Assembly: GCA_013239625.1 (NCBI GenBank) | Contig: MU054122.1 | Coordinates: 150,773 to 214,772, forward strand | Direction of reading: 5' to 3' | Source of the DNA: Lama guanicoe | Lineage: Eukaryota | Length of the DNA stretch: 64,000 bases | In this document: positions 40,261-54,459 of the stretch, piece by piece | Layout of the letters: every line of letters starts with the position of its first letter | Position numbering within the stretch: the first letter of the stretch is position 1 | Translations under genes and position numbers: made by a program | Notes under the pieces: model-generated | What the model was told of the DNA's origin: nothing | Databases searched by the model: none | Seen by the model: the letters and a program-made list of their open reading frames with translations, nothing else

Positions 40261-43200
40261 TCTAAGCTCTTTCCAATATTTTCCTAAGATCTGGTACCAG
40301 TCATCCTCTAAGTTCCTTTCCAAGGAGAAGAGTGGAAGATACCAAAACCCAGGGCTAGCAGGACACATTAGGGTTTCCCACACACCTTCTGGGTTTAGGC
40401 AGTGTGATACTAGAGATTCTTCCGACTCTTTCAGCTTTAGAGGGGAAAATTTTAAAGTCCTAAGTCCATATGGATGCTTTCAATTTAATACAGCCTTTTT
40501 AAAATCTTGCTCTATCTAATGTATCACTTATTACTCATTTCCGTCCTTTTCAGACCTACTGGGGCCATCCTACACCAACCTTGATGCATCACGCTGTGCG
40601 TTTAACATTGTTTAAATTAGTGTTGCACAAAATCTGTAAGAATCCATCTCTCTCACGTGCTCTTTCCCTTTTCGACTCTTGCCCCCATGTCTTCACATTG
40701 CTCAAAATTGACAGATCCAGAGAATCTTACCAGATATTGTCATGTCTTCGAAACCCATCATCTGCTATCAAGAGAGAAAAGGAAAGGAGAAGAGAGGAGG
40801 GGAGGGAAGACAAAATGAAAAGGGGAGGAAAGAAAAAAATCATGAAGGTATAAAGCCTCACTAATATTGTCCCCATATACTTATAATAAAAATGTAATAA
40901 AATAGAAAGTATTTCAAGACATGAAATTTTTCTGTCATTTTTCCTAATTAGGAACCAAAATACAGACCTTGCTTTATTTTTCAACTCAAATTAATGTCAA
41001 AACTTTTATTATTGCTATTATGACTTGCTTTTAATTAAAGGCAATTTTAGCACTAAATTCTAATATTTCAGGAGACCTTGGGTACATGGGTGCATGGACA
41101 GGTGTTTAGTCATTATCTCAGAATTTGAATACCCTAAATTTACCATGCCATTTAAGCATACTTTAAAAAATTACCAAATTGATATCAAGAATTATTAGAG
41201 AAATGGAATTCATAGACCAAGTTTTCAAATACTCAGCAAGTTTTGATAGGTCTATAAAATTTTCACATTAATATCTGGGATCTATAAAAACACCAACACA
41301 GGAAGCTTACATGGCACTCCAATTACAAGTCCATATTCATATTATAGTTAGATAGTCGCCTCCATCGTAAGGTAAACACAGAAATTTTTGGCACAAGCTC
41401 AGAGTGGCATATATTTGTACACATATGTATATGAGTGTTTTACATTTTTAAAAGTTATTCCATCACTCCCTTTTTGAGGGTGACAAATATAAAGTTATCC
41501 AGGAAGGGCACATTTGACAATAAAGAACGTGAAGAGATGATTGCTGGACATAAACAGAAAAAAAAAATGGTCCTTGACATTTGCCATGATTAAACACTAA
41601 ATATAAATCTAAGTATCTCGTCCACCTCTTTTCACACATTATTCTGAGCTGTCATCAATAAATCACTACACTTTCCAGAGGGAAAAAAAGTCAATGCCTG
41701 AAATGCAAAATAATAATTTAAACACAATACATAAAATATTTTGTTTAATTTGTCTTGAAATGAGTTTATTTTAATACATATGGGACTCTAGGACCATTAT
41801 ACAACTGATAAAAATTGACATTTAACTTCATGGGAACAGCATTTTTAAACATATTTTAGCTCCCAAAACAATAACATAAATCAGTCTCAAGTGATAAAAG
41901 TCAGCTGCTTAAAAAAAAAAAAACAACAACCAAAAAAACCTGCCTATGAGGAAACACTGCTCACTCACATTTACAGCTTTCCTTGTAATTAGAGGTGGAC
42001 ACGCATGAGAGTACCAATTACAACACTTGCATAGATAAACCATCTTCTCCTCTGCATCACCAGTAACTCTGGGGAGATGGTCTGTGAAGTCAAAGCATCC
42101 CCAAAGCGATCCTCTCCCCTTTTGACTTTAAGATGAGTTAAAGTGCAAGTTTTGACTAATGCACTGAACGCTAGACACCACATTCCAAAGTGAAATACAA
42201 CAGTATAAAGCAACATTTTCAAAGGAAGCATTCCAAGAAGGTTATGTAACTCATGTTAACTGTTTGCCCATCTCAAAGATAAAGTGTGCTGGAAATTTCT
42301 GAAGATGAAGGTTTTGGGAGAAAGTTGCCAGCAGGCTGTGTGGACTGACCTTTCTCCCTAGAAGATCTTTGGGGGGCTGTTTTGCTACTCATTGCAAGTG
42401 TAAGGCAAAGAGCTTCAAAGGACCCCTCCACCCCAGGGAGTTTAAAATTGTCTCCTCATTACCCTCTGAGCTTTGGAAGGTCAAGTCTTTCCCCTGGACC
42501 AGATCTGAGCCACGCAGGAGAGAGCTAGCCTTCCCAGATCCTGTTCAAGGACCACTTGCTGGAAAGAAGGTACCAAAGCAAAAAAGCGATGAGGAGTGTC
42601 CTTCTGAGTGACATCCTAGAGGCTGTGGATGACCAAATACAAATGCACTTCTGCAAGTTAAGGGGCCTTAGGGAGCCAAAGAAGCACCTGCTAGAAAAAG
42701 AGCCAATTTTAAACACATGCCAAATGGAGAGATATGCCAGATCACCGACCGTACTTGTCAAGTAAGAACTAGATCTCCCCAACCTTTTCCCCTCTATAGA
42801 GGGGCAAGAAACTTCCATTAGCAAGATGGGGAGGGGGGAGGGGGAGCAGAGAGAGAGAGAAACCCAGCATTCCCATTTCCTACAGCCCCTTTGCCTGCTG
42901 TGCATTCAAGCTGGGGGAGCGAAGATAAGTAACTTTAAAGCAAGACTGTGATTTGGATGATTACACGGACGTGAACATTATAAATTACTATTGTTAATTT
43001 TCTCAGTAGAAGCCATCAGAGAAGCATTTGATTTTCATCAAAGTGACCAGAACAGCCATGGGACTTGCTTGGGTTTTCATGTGCAAGGTGATCAGACCAT
43101 TTGAAAAGCTGTCCTCTTGCCTTTGACTTATCCTCTCTTGCCCTTGACTTTCAAACATATCCTTTTCCCATCTTCTTGATGCTTCAGTTTAACAGTAATA

Positions 43201-43890
43201 GTAACAAAACCCCATATTATTCAGCACCTACCCTGTTCTAGCTGCTCTAATGTGTATTTTATATATAATTCTCATCTCATCTTCATACAAATCTGTATTA
43301 TGTACCACCCCCATTTCACCTATGAGGAAACTGAGGTTTATCCACAGTTGAGGATTGGGAATTTACCCGGCCTGACTCAAGTCTGCCATCTTTCCCTGAA
43401 AGAATGAATGATATGTAAGCCTCGCAGTTCAAAGGATAAAAAATATCAGGCTTGCTTTCCTTAATAAAGCATACGTGAATCTCCCCCGTTTCATGAGAAA
43501 ATGGAAACATTCCACTGAAGGAGAATTAGTAGAAAGGTAAACATCGTTTTTTTTTTTTTTTGTAATCATAAAACCTGCTGACATACATACCCACTCCCAA
43601 CTCCTGGGTGATGTCATTTTGTCAACAGCCACGGAGCTTTCTCAATCCAACCATGAAATAATCACAATCACAACAAGATCTAAAATTTGTGATGTTTGAG
43701 CTTCCAAACCTGCATTTTCGTATTTTAACCTAATTGTCTTTGCACACCAACCCCATGAGTATGTAACAGGAATACTGTTTTTGATGAGGAAATTAAAATG
43801 AAAGCTTTTAAAAGTTGTGATTTATTCAACATTAAACATGAGTAAATGACAGAGCCAGGCTAAAAGGAGCACATATCAAAGGGAATTGAA

Positions 43891-44063
43891 GGGGGAGGGT
43901 ATAGCTCAGTGGCAGAGCGTGTGCTTAGCATGCATGAGGTCCTGGGTTCAATCCCCAGCACCTCCATTAAAAATTAAATAAATAAAAGCCTAATTACCTC
44001 CTCTCCCCCCAAAGTAAATAAATAAAAGCCTATTTATCTCCTCTCCCCTGAAAATTTTTTTTA
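43891..44063 (+). mobile_element. tRNA-Ala-derived SINE (camelid Vic-1-like)
   Basis: gggggagggtatagctcagtggcagagcgtgtgcttagcatgcatgaggtcctgggttcaatccccagcacctcca plus an AT-rich tail; TSD aaagggaattg (43878-43888) / aaagggaaattg (44064-44075). Confidence 0.9.
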
Positions 44064-44688
44064 AAAGGGAAATTGGCATATCAACCTATTTTTGTAGCAC
44101 CTTTGAATCCCTTCTTTACCATCAATATTTATATTAATCATTCTTGATTGGAATGCTTATACTTTGCATTTTTCAGGAATCAAAAGGCTTCACAAATCCT
44201 CTTACACATACTCTATCCCTCACTTTGTGCCGATGAGCTAATTCATGGCAAGTAATAATGCATATGGTTTTCAGATGTAGACACTAGGGCCCCCACAAGT
44301 TAATGAGCTGGCCAACTCAGTGGAATCCAAGAATCTTATAGGATTTTACAAAACTGAGCTGCATTTGTGTCCTAATATGGAAAGGCATTCCTTTTCTCAG
44401 TGGAGAGATTATTCTAGAACTTCAGAACCATGCCAATATATTTCACAGTAACCTAGCTGTCTGAATCGCTCTTCTCTGAGAAAACAAAGCCTCGAGCAAG
44501 GAATTAGTCCTGCTAACTAAATTCCATGCTTTACTTTTTTTCCCCTTTTTTTGAATTGCAGAAGTTAAAGCACACTTTTCTATCCCTTCTTCAGCTCCTC
44601 ATAAGCCGAGACTCGTAAACATCCTCACGTTCCAACCACTGTATTTTTCACACTCTCCATGGCCACAAATAGGAACAATTCACTGGCA

Positions 44689-44882
44689 CAGTGGTTCTCA
44701 GACTTCAGTGTTCCTCAGAATCATCTAGATGCCTTGTTGAAACACAGATCGTGGGGTGCAGCCCCCACCATTTCTGATTCAGTCAGGTCTGGAGTGGGGA
44801 CTGGTGCTTGGCACTTCTAACAGATTTCCAGGTGATGCTAATGTGCTGCTGATCTGGGGATCACACTTTGTGGGAACCCCTG
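44689..44882. mobile_element. hAT-Charlie MITE (MER5A-like)
   Basis: Terminal inverted repeats cagtggttctca...gggaacccctg; tttctgattcagtcaggtctggagtggg...ccaggtgatgctaatg. Confidence 0.85.
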
Positions 44883-47294
44883 GCCAAGTATTTCTCCCAA
44901 ACGTTCCCTTAAAGGGTCCCCATGGAAAAGTGTTCGGCTGCTAAGCCTTCTACGTGGAGGAAAAAGAAACAGCTGTCATGACTCACTGCCTTTTTCAAGC
45001 TTTTCCAGCCACAAAATTAAAAACAGAAAAAGACTAAATTGAAAGCAAAATGAAAATAGCTCAAGTCCCACTGTCCAAATTTTGAGACGCACGGCATGGT
45101 TTCTGGAGTTAGGACAAAAGACACAAAAATGATTCAGGTGAGCCCTAGGCTGACCACACTGAAGGCTGGCATTACGAGGCTCCCAGAAAAATCTGGGGAC
45201 CACGCCAGGCTGCTCCTGTTCTAACCCAGCGTCATCTCGGACACTTGCCTCCCAGCTTTCTTCATCCCTCAATAGTAAGTTCTTCCATATAATCCTCCAA
45301 ACACATTATCAACCTATAACTCTTTTAATCAACTCATTTTTTCTACACCATTTCCACCATTTTTTAACAGAAAAAAATATATCAATTGTCCATGAACAAA
45401 TACTGTTGGAAACTCAAACAGGTAGACCGAAAATCCATAGAAAGAAGCTGGCAAAAGTGTTTTCTTCAGTTTCCTTTATTTTTGTGATGATCATCTCTAG
45501 GTAATCTCAGATAATTTTAATTCCATTTTTCATCTCTTCGGGGAAAACGAAGACATTTTCTGTATGGTATAAATTACTTCAGTATTCTAGTGTATTTCTC
45601 AAAACTGTGACAGACCTGCTTACAGAAATAAAAAAAAAATTACTGACAGGAAGTGTTGTTATTACAAGATATAACGTTTCTGCTTAGAAAATATGCTTTG
45701 AGTTCTACCTTTCATACATCAAAATGTTGCGGGAACCACTGAGCTTTCACTCTGATCACCACGAGTCCATTCAATTTCAAAATACGGTCCAGCCAGAGAA
45801 GGATAAGGCTCCTTAGTGATAAACCAACGCCATCCCAATGTAGTTTTTATGTCCTAGTGGGAAAAAAAAAAAAAAAAAAAGAGAGAAAGAGAAAACATAA
45901 GGATAATGGTAAGGTCACCGAATACACAGATTTGGGAAGAAGTCATTCTGTATGAGCATGAGTCACCAAAACGACTTCCTTAGTGATGAAAGTTGCCTGA
46001 GTAACCTAGATGCCTCACTCTGCTAAGAAGTACCCAGGCAGTGTGTTGGGTTTCAAACCCACTAGTCATTTCCTTCACTTAATTGCTAACTGCTCTTCCC
46101 GGCTGCCGTTTGGGGCCTGTGTTTTATGTAGTAACCCGGCAACTAGTTATTATGCTCTATTTTATCGAGGGGAACAAAACAGTGAACTTGACATTTCCAT
46201 GGATTTCAGAGTAAGAGTCATTGTTATTTCACTCTGACTTGAACGGGGGCATTCTGGACCTCCTGAACTGGATCTCAACATGACGGCAAGATAAGGCAAG
46301 ACACAGAGACAAAAGGATTTAGCAGAGATGTGGTGGGCAGACTGAGTGCCCTCTGTGCACAAGTAGGTGCTTTATTCATTTCAAGGTCCTTAGCACATGG
46401 CAGAGAACCTGACCCACAGTAGGACTCAAAATACATTGACTGAAGGTGGTCACTGGTTCTCTGTAGAATATTCCATTCTGTTAAGTAATTGTGCCACTGC
46501 TGAGTTAGAATTTGATTGGGCTGTTACATTTTCAGGCATTTTTTTTTTCCTTCTGTATCTCCAAGGGACTGTGATATACGTTGCCCTTAGACATATATGA
46601 AGTACTTTAACGATGCTCCGTTTTGACATAGAGCTGGTGTAAGTGAGCATTACTTGGAAAAATCTGATATACAACAGCAATAGGATTAGTGTTGTGCAAG
46701 AAATGTTTAAAACTGGGTGGTAAGCTCACATGTGTTATCAGTAATGTGTCTTGACTTTGGCTTTAGGAATCTTGGTTTGTAGTTCACTGAATCTCTCATT
46801 TCACACAAGTCTTTCATTATTCTTGGCCTGTACAATATTAGTACCCCAAATGTTAATTAATCTCCCTAAAATTCAAACAAACAGAGAGTGACTAAGTATG
46901 GACAGAAGTTGTTCTTACAGAGGCGATGTGTTCCAGAAATGTGGTCAGTTTCTTTCTTTTCCACTAGCAAATGTGGGTAAGGGTTTTTATTCATTTAATT
47001 GCATGCAGGGGTGATATGCTGTAACTATCAAATCACTCTGGTGGACTGAGTCAGAATTAAGAAATGAGATCTCCACAGAAAACCCCTACAAGGCCCATAG
47101 ATGTGTTGATGATTCATTAAGGGCACCATATTCTCTGAATCACAAGTATTTTGTGGCTGCATCTGAACAGGAAAAAAAAAAGAGTTAGACAAGACAATAT
47201 GATAAGAACTTCAGAGACTTCAGGACACCACCAGCAGTAGTGCAAAAAAAAAAAAAAAAAAAAACACCACCAGAAATACCCAAGTCCAGTGAAG

Positions 47295-47490
47295 TCTGAA
47301 GTGTGGGGCCTGTAGCAGAAAGTCCTGGGTTCAAATCCCAGGTCTACCACTTCCTGGCTGTGTGAGCTTGAGCAAGTTGCTTAACTTCTCTGTGCCTCAG
47401 TTTCTTCATATGTCTAACAGGGTTGTGAGGACTCCATAAGTTAACACATGGCAAGTAGCAGACACTAAATACACATCAGCTACCATCATG
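47295..47490 (+). mobile_element. MIR SINE (best-preserved copy; others near 3350, 14940, 24820, 34140, 43200, 51680, 62870)
   Basis: ctgggttcaaatcccaggtctaccacttcctggctgtgtgagcttgagcaagttgcttaacttctctgtgcctcagtttcttcat is the MIR core. Confidence 0.88.
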
Positions 47491-50400
47491 ATTACCATTA
47501 GCTTTCCCATCTGGGCCAGACTCCAATTCCTGTAAGGACATCCAAGTTATGCCTGGTTATCATTATCACTGCTTAGGGTTCATTAGTCAAGGATGATGAC
47601 AACCAACCCAAAGTCAGCAAAAGAAAACCCCTGATCAGACATGCCAACATCACAGCACTGCATTCCCTGCACACATGCAGAAACCCCTACAGTGCTAGCG
47701 ATGACAGGTGACTAAATGACAAAACTGTTTCAGGACAGTTTTTCATAATTTATGATAGAAAAAGTATATTTTAATCTATATTAAGCTCAAATTCCATCAT
47801 TCTGTTCTAGCAATTCCCCGTAGCCATATGAGTCACATTAGAGGGCATATTTCTAGTACTGAGCTAATTAGAAACACAAAGCCTTTCTCAATATTTTAGA
47901 AACCACTGCAGCAGAAATAGACAGGGCTGCCAATCCCTTTATTCTGCTACGGTTAACTCGGAACAGTCTTTCTTTACTTATTTCTATCATTTTAATGAAT
48001 TGTCTTAATCCTTTTGCCTTCTTAGTTTTATCATTACGCCATCTTATATTTCCTTCCATCTGCCACATGGCTTTGTGTAGGAGTACTTTAATTTATGTGT
48101 CTATTTTTTTCCCTAATACTTTGTCTTTTTTGTAATTAAAAGAATATAGTTTTGTATCTTTTGTACTGAGCTTTTTCCCTTTAGCAGAGTGATTTTCATT
48201 TTCATTTCTAACCCCTACAAATCATACTGACTTTTGTAAACATACACAGAGGCCAAAGTTTTGAGAGGGTATGTTTTAAATTCTGAATTAATCAAACATA
48301 GCCGAAATTAAATTTAATATTCAGGATTCTGAAGAAAATCGTCTCTCTGGTTAAATGAATGTGATATAGCAGAGCTAAAGCGTCTCCAGATTTTTGGAAG
48401 GACTGGTCAATTCATTAGTCAGTTTTGAAGTAAGTGGGATGGAGTTCTTTTATTTTTCCCAAATAGACAGAAAAGAGATCATGGCTGTAAGATAAGCAGT
48501 ATTCCCTTCTCAACATCATAAGTTACCATCAAGACAAATCAAAAATTGTTTTAAAAAAAATTCTTTGGTTCTTTCAAAGAAAAGTATGCTATTAAACAAA
48601 GTTATTATTATTTAGACCCATTACCTAAATATCTTCTGAAAAAAAGTCTACCCCTTGGGAACTTAATGACCTTCTCAGAATAAGCTGAGTAAATTCCCAG
48701 GATGCCAAAGCACTTGCAAATTTTCTAGCACTGGCATGATTTTCCTCTCTATCCAGAAAAAAAAAATGGTAAAAACAACATTATAGGACACAGGGCAAAA
48801 ACCTGCTTGTTTTCTTAGGCTCTCACTCAGCCAGTAACTAAAATTGTGATGGCATCACTTAGCTCTCTCTCAAATAAGGTCTGGCTTTAGAACTTGGCTG
48901 GTTTTGTCCTGCTTTTTGGATCAAGTGACCAGTAACACTTCATGTCTTTGTCTAACATCGATTTGAACTGTTTTGTTTTTTGGGGGGGGCACTAGGTTTT
49001 CCCTCCATATGTTAGTTAACATCCTTGTCCATCCTACATCCCCAGAGTCAGAGATGGTGCATTAGACTTTGACAAAATTATACATTACATGCATATATAG
49101 TTTTATGGGAAACTACAATCTGCTTTCCCCACAAAAAAGATTCAAAGAGAATTCTAGAAGTTTGTCTTTTTCTCTGAACTTTTTTTTTCTTTTGAGATGG
49201 AAAAATGATGGTCATGGAAGTGTTTTGTGTCTGTGAACTTGTAGAAACCATCTTGGAGGATATGGATGAAATCCCTGATTTTGCACCAACTGTGAAAACC
49301 ATACCAACACGCTTAAATCACATACGGAACAATATAAAGCAATTGATATGAATTTTTTTTTCATGTGAATAGTCTAGAAGTGTTGTAAGAGGTAAAACAG
49401 CATGACCCAGTTTATACCCCACCTTCTTCATGAGGTTTTACTTTATACAGACTAGGAACAGGAAGATACTTCCAGGTAAATGGATTTGAATGAATTATCA
49501 TTCATCTCAGATAAATTTTCCACCTAAATTTTTTCTTCCATCTATAACAATCCATTCTTTTAGTTAGTCTGTCCAGAAAGCTCAGAGCCCTTGACTTGAT
49601 CATCCTCTCTCTAACTCAGTCTCCAGTAATCCCTTCTTCTTCACTGTGTCCCCCAAGATCAAACTTTTACCATTCCCAGGATCTACTGCAAACAGCTTTC
49701 AGATCAGTCTCTCCAGTTCTTCCTCCACCACATACCAGAACAATCTCCCTAAAACACAGCTACAAGCACGTCTTTCTCCTAGTCAAAAATTGCAGTGAAT
49801 TCCCACTGCCCACCACGTTAATTATAAACTCCTCTCCCTGGCATTTAGTTCTCCAATGCATTGTCCCATACTAGCTTTCAGTGACCTTTCTCCTACAATT
49901 GCTTCATAATCCAGCTACCCCAGGATTCTTGCTGCTATCTAAAGGTCCCCAGAACTCCGCCACCTATCCAATTTTTGCTTATCCTGTTTCATAAGCTTTG
50001 AGCATCCTCTCTCTACCATGATAAGCTATCGAGATCATACCCAATCCTCAAACACCACCTTTTCTGAAAACATTTTCTGATCTTCCCCAAATGGACATGA
50101 TCACTTCTCTGTCTAAACTCTTTGACATTTCATTCATCCCTCTACCAGAGCATTCACTCATAAAAGAGCTGTAGTCATCGCTTCTGTGTAGTTCCTAATC
50201 CCTTTTCAAGGCTATGAGCTCCCTAGAGGTGTGAAAACTTTCTTAACTCACCTGAATATACTAAGCAGCATTGCGGACACTGCAGAACAGGAGCATGGGA
50301 GGAAAGATGTGATGGTGGGGGAATGTGGTGTATTCATGGAACAGAGAGAAGCTTAGAGCCCCACTGAAATTGCTGTCTGGTGGGGAGCAGTGGGAACTGA

Positions 50401-51897
50401 GGGTGGTTGACATACTTAACCTGACTTTCAAACTATGAACCTATGAGTTGAGCCTCACAGTCAAACTATGAGCCTCAACTTCTTCCAAAGCCAAGTTTCT
50501 GTTGCTCTCATCATCTTTTTTTTGCAAACTGTAGTTATTTGGTTTGCTCTTTAAGCATTGTCTCTCTGTACCACACACACCCATATACAGACTCAGCTCT
50601 ACAACCCAAGAGCACATGGATTACATCTGCCTTGTTCACTTTCCCCGCTGTCTATCAGGGAGCCTGGAACATGGCAAACATTCAATAGATGGGTTTTGAG
50701 TGAGTTAATAAAAGCTGTGGATCATGATACTCAGTAAAGATTAGGGGCAGCCATGTGCAAAATGTCTAGCACACTGCTTGAACATAGTAAACACTAGTAA
50801 ATGCTAACCTCCTCTTTCTCTCCTCACTCCCTCCCACCGTCCTTCCCTCCCCTCTTCCCTTCCTTCCTCTATGAACCACTTATGCATTAATTCATACATT
50901 CAACAAGTATGTCAGGCTCCTCTGTAGGCACTGGAGCTAGCATAGTGAATAAAAGGGAGAAAAGTCCCTGTCCTCATGGAGCTTACCTTCTAACAAGGGA
51001 ATGAGTGATTCACTCTGGATCTTTAGGGAGCCTTAAGGATGCAGTTATTAAGTGCTTTTGGGGGAAGCAGAGCCTGGAGGAAGGGAAGCCAACCACAGTA
51101 TTGGAGGGATGAGGTATAAAAAGGCTTGGATGTGAGTCACAGCAACAAAACAAGAGGAAAGGGTGCAGGAAGCAATGGACAGGACACCCATGGGATCTGA
51201 GCAATCCAAGGAGAAGGAAGTGGCAGGGGTGATGAAAGTTTCCAATCTCGTTAGTTTGCTGTGTTGCCTTAAATAAGCAGGGAAGTTTGGAGGGGAAGCT
51301 GTTGTGATTGGTGGGTTTTAGGGTGTGAGATGAGCTAAGTCTGGCTTTGGATATGATGCCTTTGAAGAGACAGACAGAAAAGAATATGGGTGAAAATATT
51401 TAACTCTCAAAGTAAGGATTTAGAGCCAGGTGAAAGACCAAACTCCCATTTTATCTATTCTGAATTACTGTCACTGTCATTTGAATAACTTCTAATATGA
51501 CATTCTCAGTGTCTGCCAAATTCCTTTAGCAATCTGCTCCTTCACAACATAATCTGGTAGTTACCCTACCTGTTCAGCTTCAGAAACACGGGTATGCCCC
51601 TAAATAATATTTGGGAACTGAATTGGTTAATAGCAAGCAGAACTCCATCATCAAGGCAAAGAGGAAAGTAAAGTGCATTTGGAGTCAGAAAGGGCTCAGT
51701 TCAAATGAAGCCCACTTCCTCCCTCCATAGCCAGTGATATGACCACGAGCAGATTTTTGGCCCATGTCTTCTTGGTTGCCTAGTCTTTAAAATGGATGAT
51801 CTAATTTAGCCCGCAGATGCTGGAAGAGAGTTAAGCTAAATTAAATGCATCTAAAGTTGCTGTCACCCAGTAGGCATGAAAATTGAAGCACTTATTC

Positions 51898-51945
51898 TAT
51901 TATTATTATTATTATTACTATTATTACTACTATTATTATTATTAT
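51898..51945. repeat. (TAT/TAC)n microsatellite at a MIR tail
   Basis: Direct reading; source of the poly-Tyr pseudo-ORF. Confidence 0.95.
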
Positions 51946-52638
51946 ACTTTCATGCCATGCCTTTTAGATTTTGCTGTGATATTCAGCCTCTCCTTTGATC
52001 CATCTTCTCACCGCAAACATTCCAGCCAGGCGACCCAGCTAGAAGCTGTCCTCTTGGCACGGCCTCCAGCTGGCCAGCTCCCCTAAAGCCTTCACAGGCC
52101 ACTAAGCTCCCCACCGCATGGCTGGCTGGTCCGTCAGTTCAAATTGCCCGATTCGACTGACATCACCACAGCTTGCAAATTCCAAAATCACTGTTAGGAC
52201 TTTAGGTTTGGTCATGTTTATGCCTGGCCTGGTGTCCTTATTTATAACACAACTTGCTGCACGTGGTGTTTAAAGCGGCTTCACAGGCCAGTGTTTAAAA
52301 ATCAAAAAACAAATATGAAAACCGAGAAAGCTAGGTCTACGGACTGTTTATTTCTGAAAGATTCCTAAGAACACGGGGCACCAATCGTAGGTACCACACC
52401 CAGGGATGTGCGTTCAGACACTGATTGCCCCTGCTGATGACTATTCCTCACCTTGGTTGAGGCACCGTGCTGGGCAGTGTAGAATTCATCTCAGAATAAA
52501 ATGAATTCTTTTCAAAGTCTCATGCGTTCTACATGAATGAGTAAAAGCGTATTTGTAACTTTCACTTTTCTACACTTTACAAATCACCCCAAGCTACAGC
52601 GAGTTCTAATAGGAATAAAACACTGGATACTGTATATC

Positions 52639-52680
52639 TGTGTGTGTGTGTGTCTGTGTGTGTGCACACGCACGTGTGCA
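52639..52680. repeat. (TG)n / alternating purine-pyrimidine tract
   Basis: Direct reading. Confidence 0.9.
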
Positions 52681-52694
52681 TGCTGGGTGGCAAG

Positions 52695-53074
52695 TCATAT
52701 GGATTAAATGTTTGTGTCCTCCCCCCTCCCTTGTATGTGTTGGAGCCCTCATCTCCAATGTGCTGATATATGGAGGTGGGGCCCTTGGAAGGTAATTAGG
52801 TTTAGATGAGGTCATGAGGGTGGGGCCCCCAAACTGGGATTCGTGTCCTTATAAGAAAAGGAGGAGACCAGAGCTTGCCATCTTTCCACCATGTGAGGAC
52901 CCAGCAAGGAGGTGGCCATCTCCAGACCAGCGAGCAGGCTGTCATCAGACACCAAGTCAGCTGACACTCTGATCTTGGACTTCCTGATTCCAAACCTGGG
53001 AGAAATAAAATGTCTCTTGCTCACATCACCTAGTCTATGGTATCTTGTTAGAGCAGCCTAGGCCGACTAAGACA
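52695..53074 (+). mobile_element. MaLR solo LTR (MLT1A-like)
   Basis: ggaggtggggcccttggaaggtaattaggtttagatgaggtcatgagggtggggccc...gactaagaca; near-perfect TSD gcaag/gcagg. Confidence 0.88.
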
Positions 53075-54459
53075 GCAGGTGACCTTATCACAGTCCTGAG
53101 AAGACAGACTGGGGACAGGTTAGACAGGAGGAGGGATCCCCCGAGATGAGGAGGAGGGCCAGAGTCCAGCCCAGAGGAAGTCACCACAGGCCCGAGGAAT
53201 TTGCTGTGGTCACCAACAGGGCACTCTGCCACACCGCACTAGAGCCTTGCCCTCATGTCCATGGTGAGTCAGTCAGCAGGCGTCCCCTGACAGCACCAGA
53301 GCGTTGCCCTGGGATCAGCATTTTAGGTGGGAGTAAGGGCTACACTCCCTTCCCCCCGGGGGGAGATGGCTTTTTCTCATCCTCAGGGTTCCAGGCAAAC
53401 TCACAATGGTGACATTTGCCGAGTAGTGGCTGGAATAAAGGGCTCTCAGAGAGCAAGAAGGAACAGTGGAGCATAAATTGGTCCACCAGGGCGCGAAGCC
53501 CCAGGAATGCTCCTGGGTAGGGACTCACAGCCTCCCTGAGAAGCAGGGACTTCAGGAAATCCACAGCAGGAAAGCCGTACAGCAAGGGGTCCTGCAGCTT
53601 GAACTTGGCTGCCCCATTCGCCAGAACTAACTGAAATGAGGTAAACAAAATACACTACCTAAAAGAGGCTTGCACAAAGAAGGTAGAAGAAACCCTTCAT
53701 TTGGTTCTCAAGTATTTTTCTTAAATGCCGGGTAACCTCCATTACCCTCCCTTCCAAAACAAGAAACAAAAACAGAGGGAAGAATTTTACCTCCCTCCCC
53801 TCTTCCACTGTAGAACCAAGATGCTTCTATTTTTATAGTGATTTTGGAGTTAACCCTTTCCATACTCCTTAAGTCTTCAAAATATTTTTTAACTGTGATT
53901 TTTAAATTGCTATGATGTCACTAAAAGACTGACTTGGATTTGTTCTCTTCAGCTCCCTTTGGGGATAACCACTCTTCTGCACGCTACTAATATTGCAACC
54001 GAAACCCTTCAGTTGAGTGATTTACCTAGAAAGGTTTTAGTATTTGAATCTGAACACTCCCTTGGTGCCCTGGACCAAAAGTTTTTTGCTCTGTAGACAG
54101 TTTTATCCCCCTCCTTCCAGGACCAGTTGCAGGAATTCTTCTGGAAAATAGGCCAAGGGACCTGTGACATTTCCCAGACAAGTCACCAGAATCCTGCAGT
54201 GTACATCACCAAATGAACTAAAATCAACACATAATCTAGTTCCCTCAAACAGTCTATCATTTGAGTTATGTGACTGCCTTTCATTAATCAAATCAGGCAT
54301 TTAAAGCAACACTATAATTGGTGCAAATTATACCTTTAATCATTCTTACTACAGCAAAAAAAAAAAAAAGAAACAGAGATCACTCAATTTGATTTTGTAA
54401 CTATGGGCAATGAGTTTCCTCTTTCACCCAGAAGTTGCAGATCATGTTAAAAGTCGAGT

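Noticed and set aside
42300..43150. Cluster of short ORFs with moderately coding-like composition
   Set aside because: No homology recognised and no consistent splice structure; probably an old LTR remnant that I cannot classify.
43895..43966. Apparent tRNA-Ala(AGC) gene near a tRNA methyltransferase gene
   Set aside because: It has acceptor-stem mismatches, a SINE tail and a TSD. Position 38 is T, so it is not a DNMT2 C38 substrate, and the adjacency looks coincidental.
50429..50477. Short imperfect duplication tcaaactatga...gagcctca (and similar ones at about 7483 and 14762)
   Set aside because: Ordinary slippage-type micro-duplications with no functional signal.
51883..52086. Poly-tyrosine ORF
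   Set aside because: Translation of a (TAT)n microsatellite at a MIR tail.
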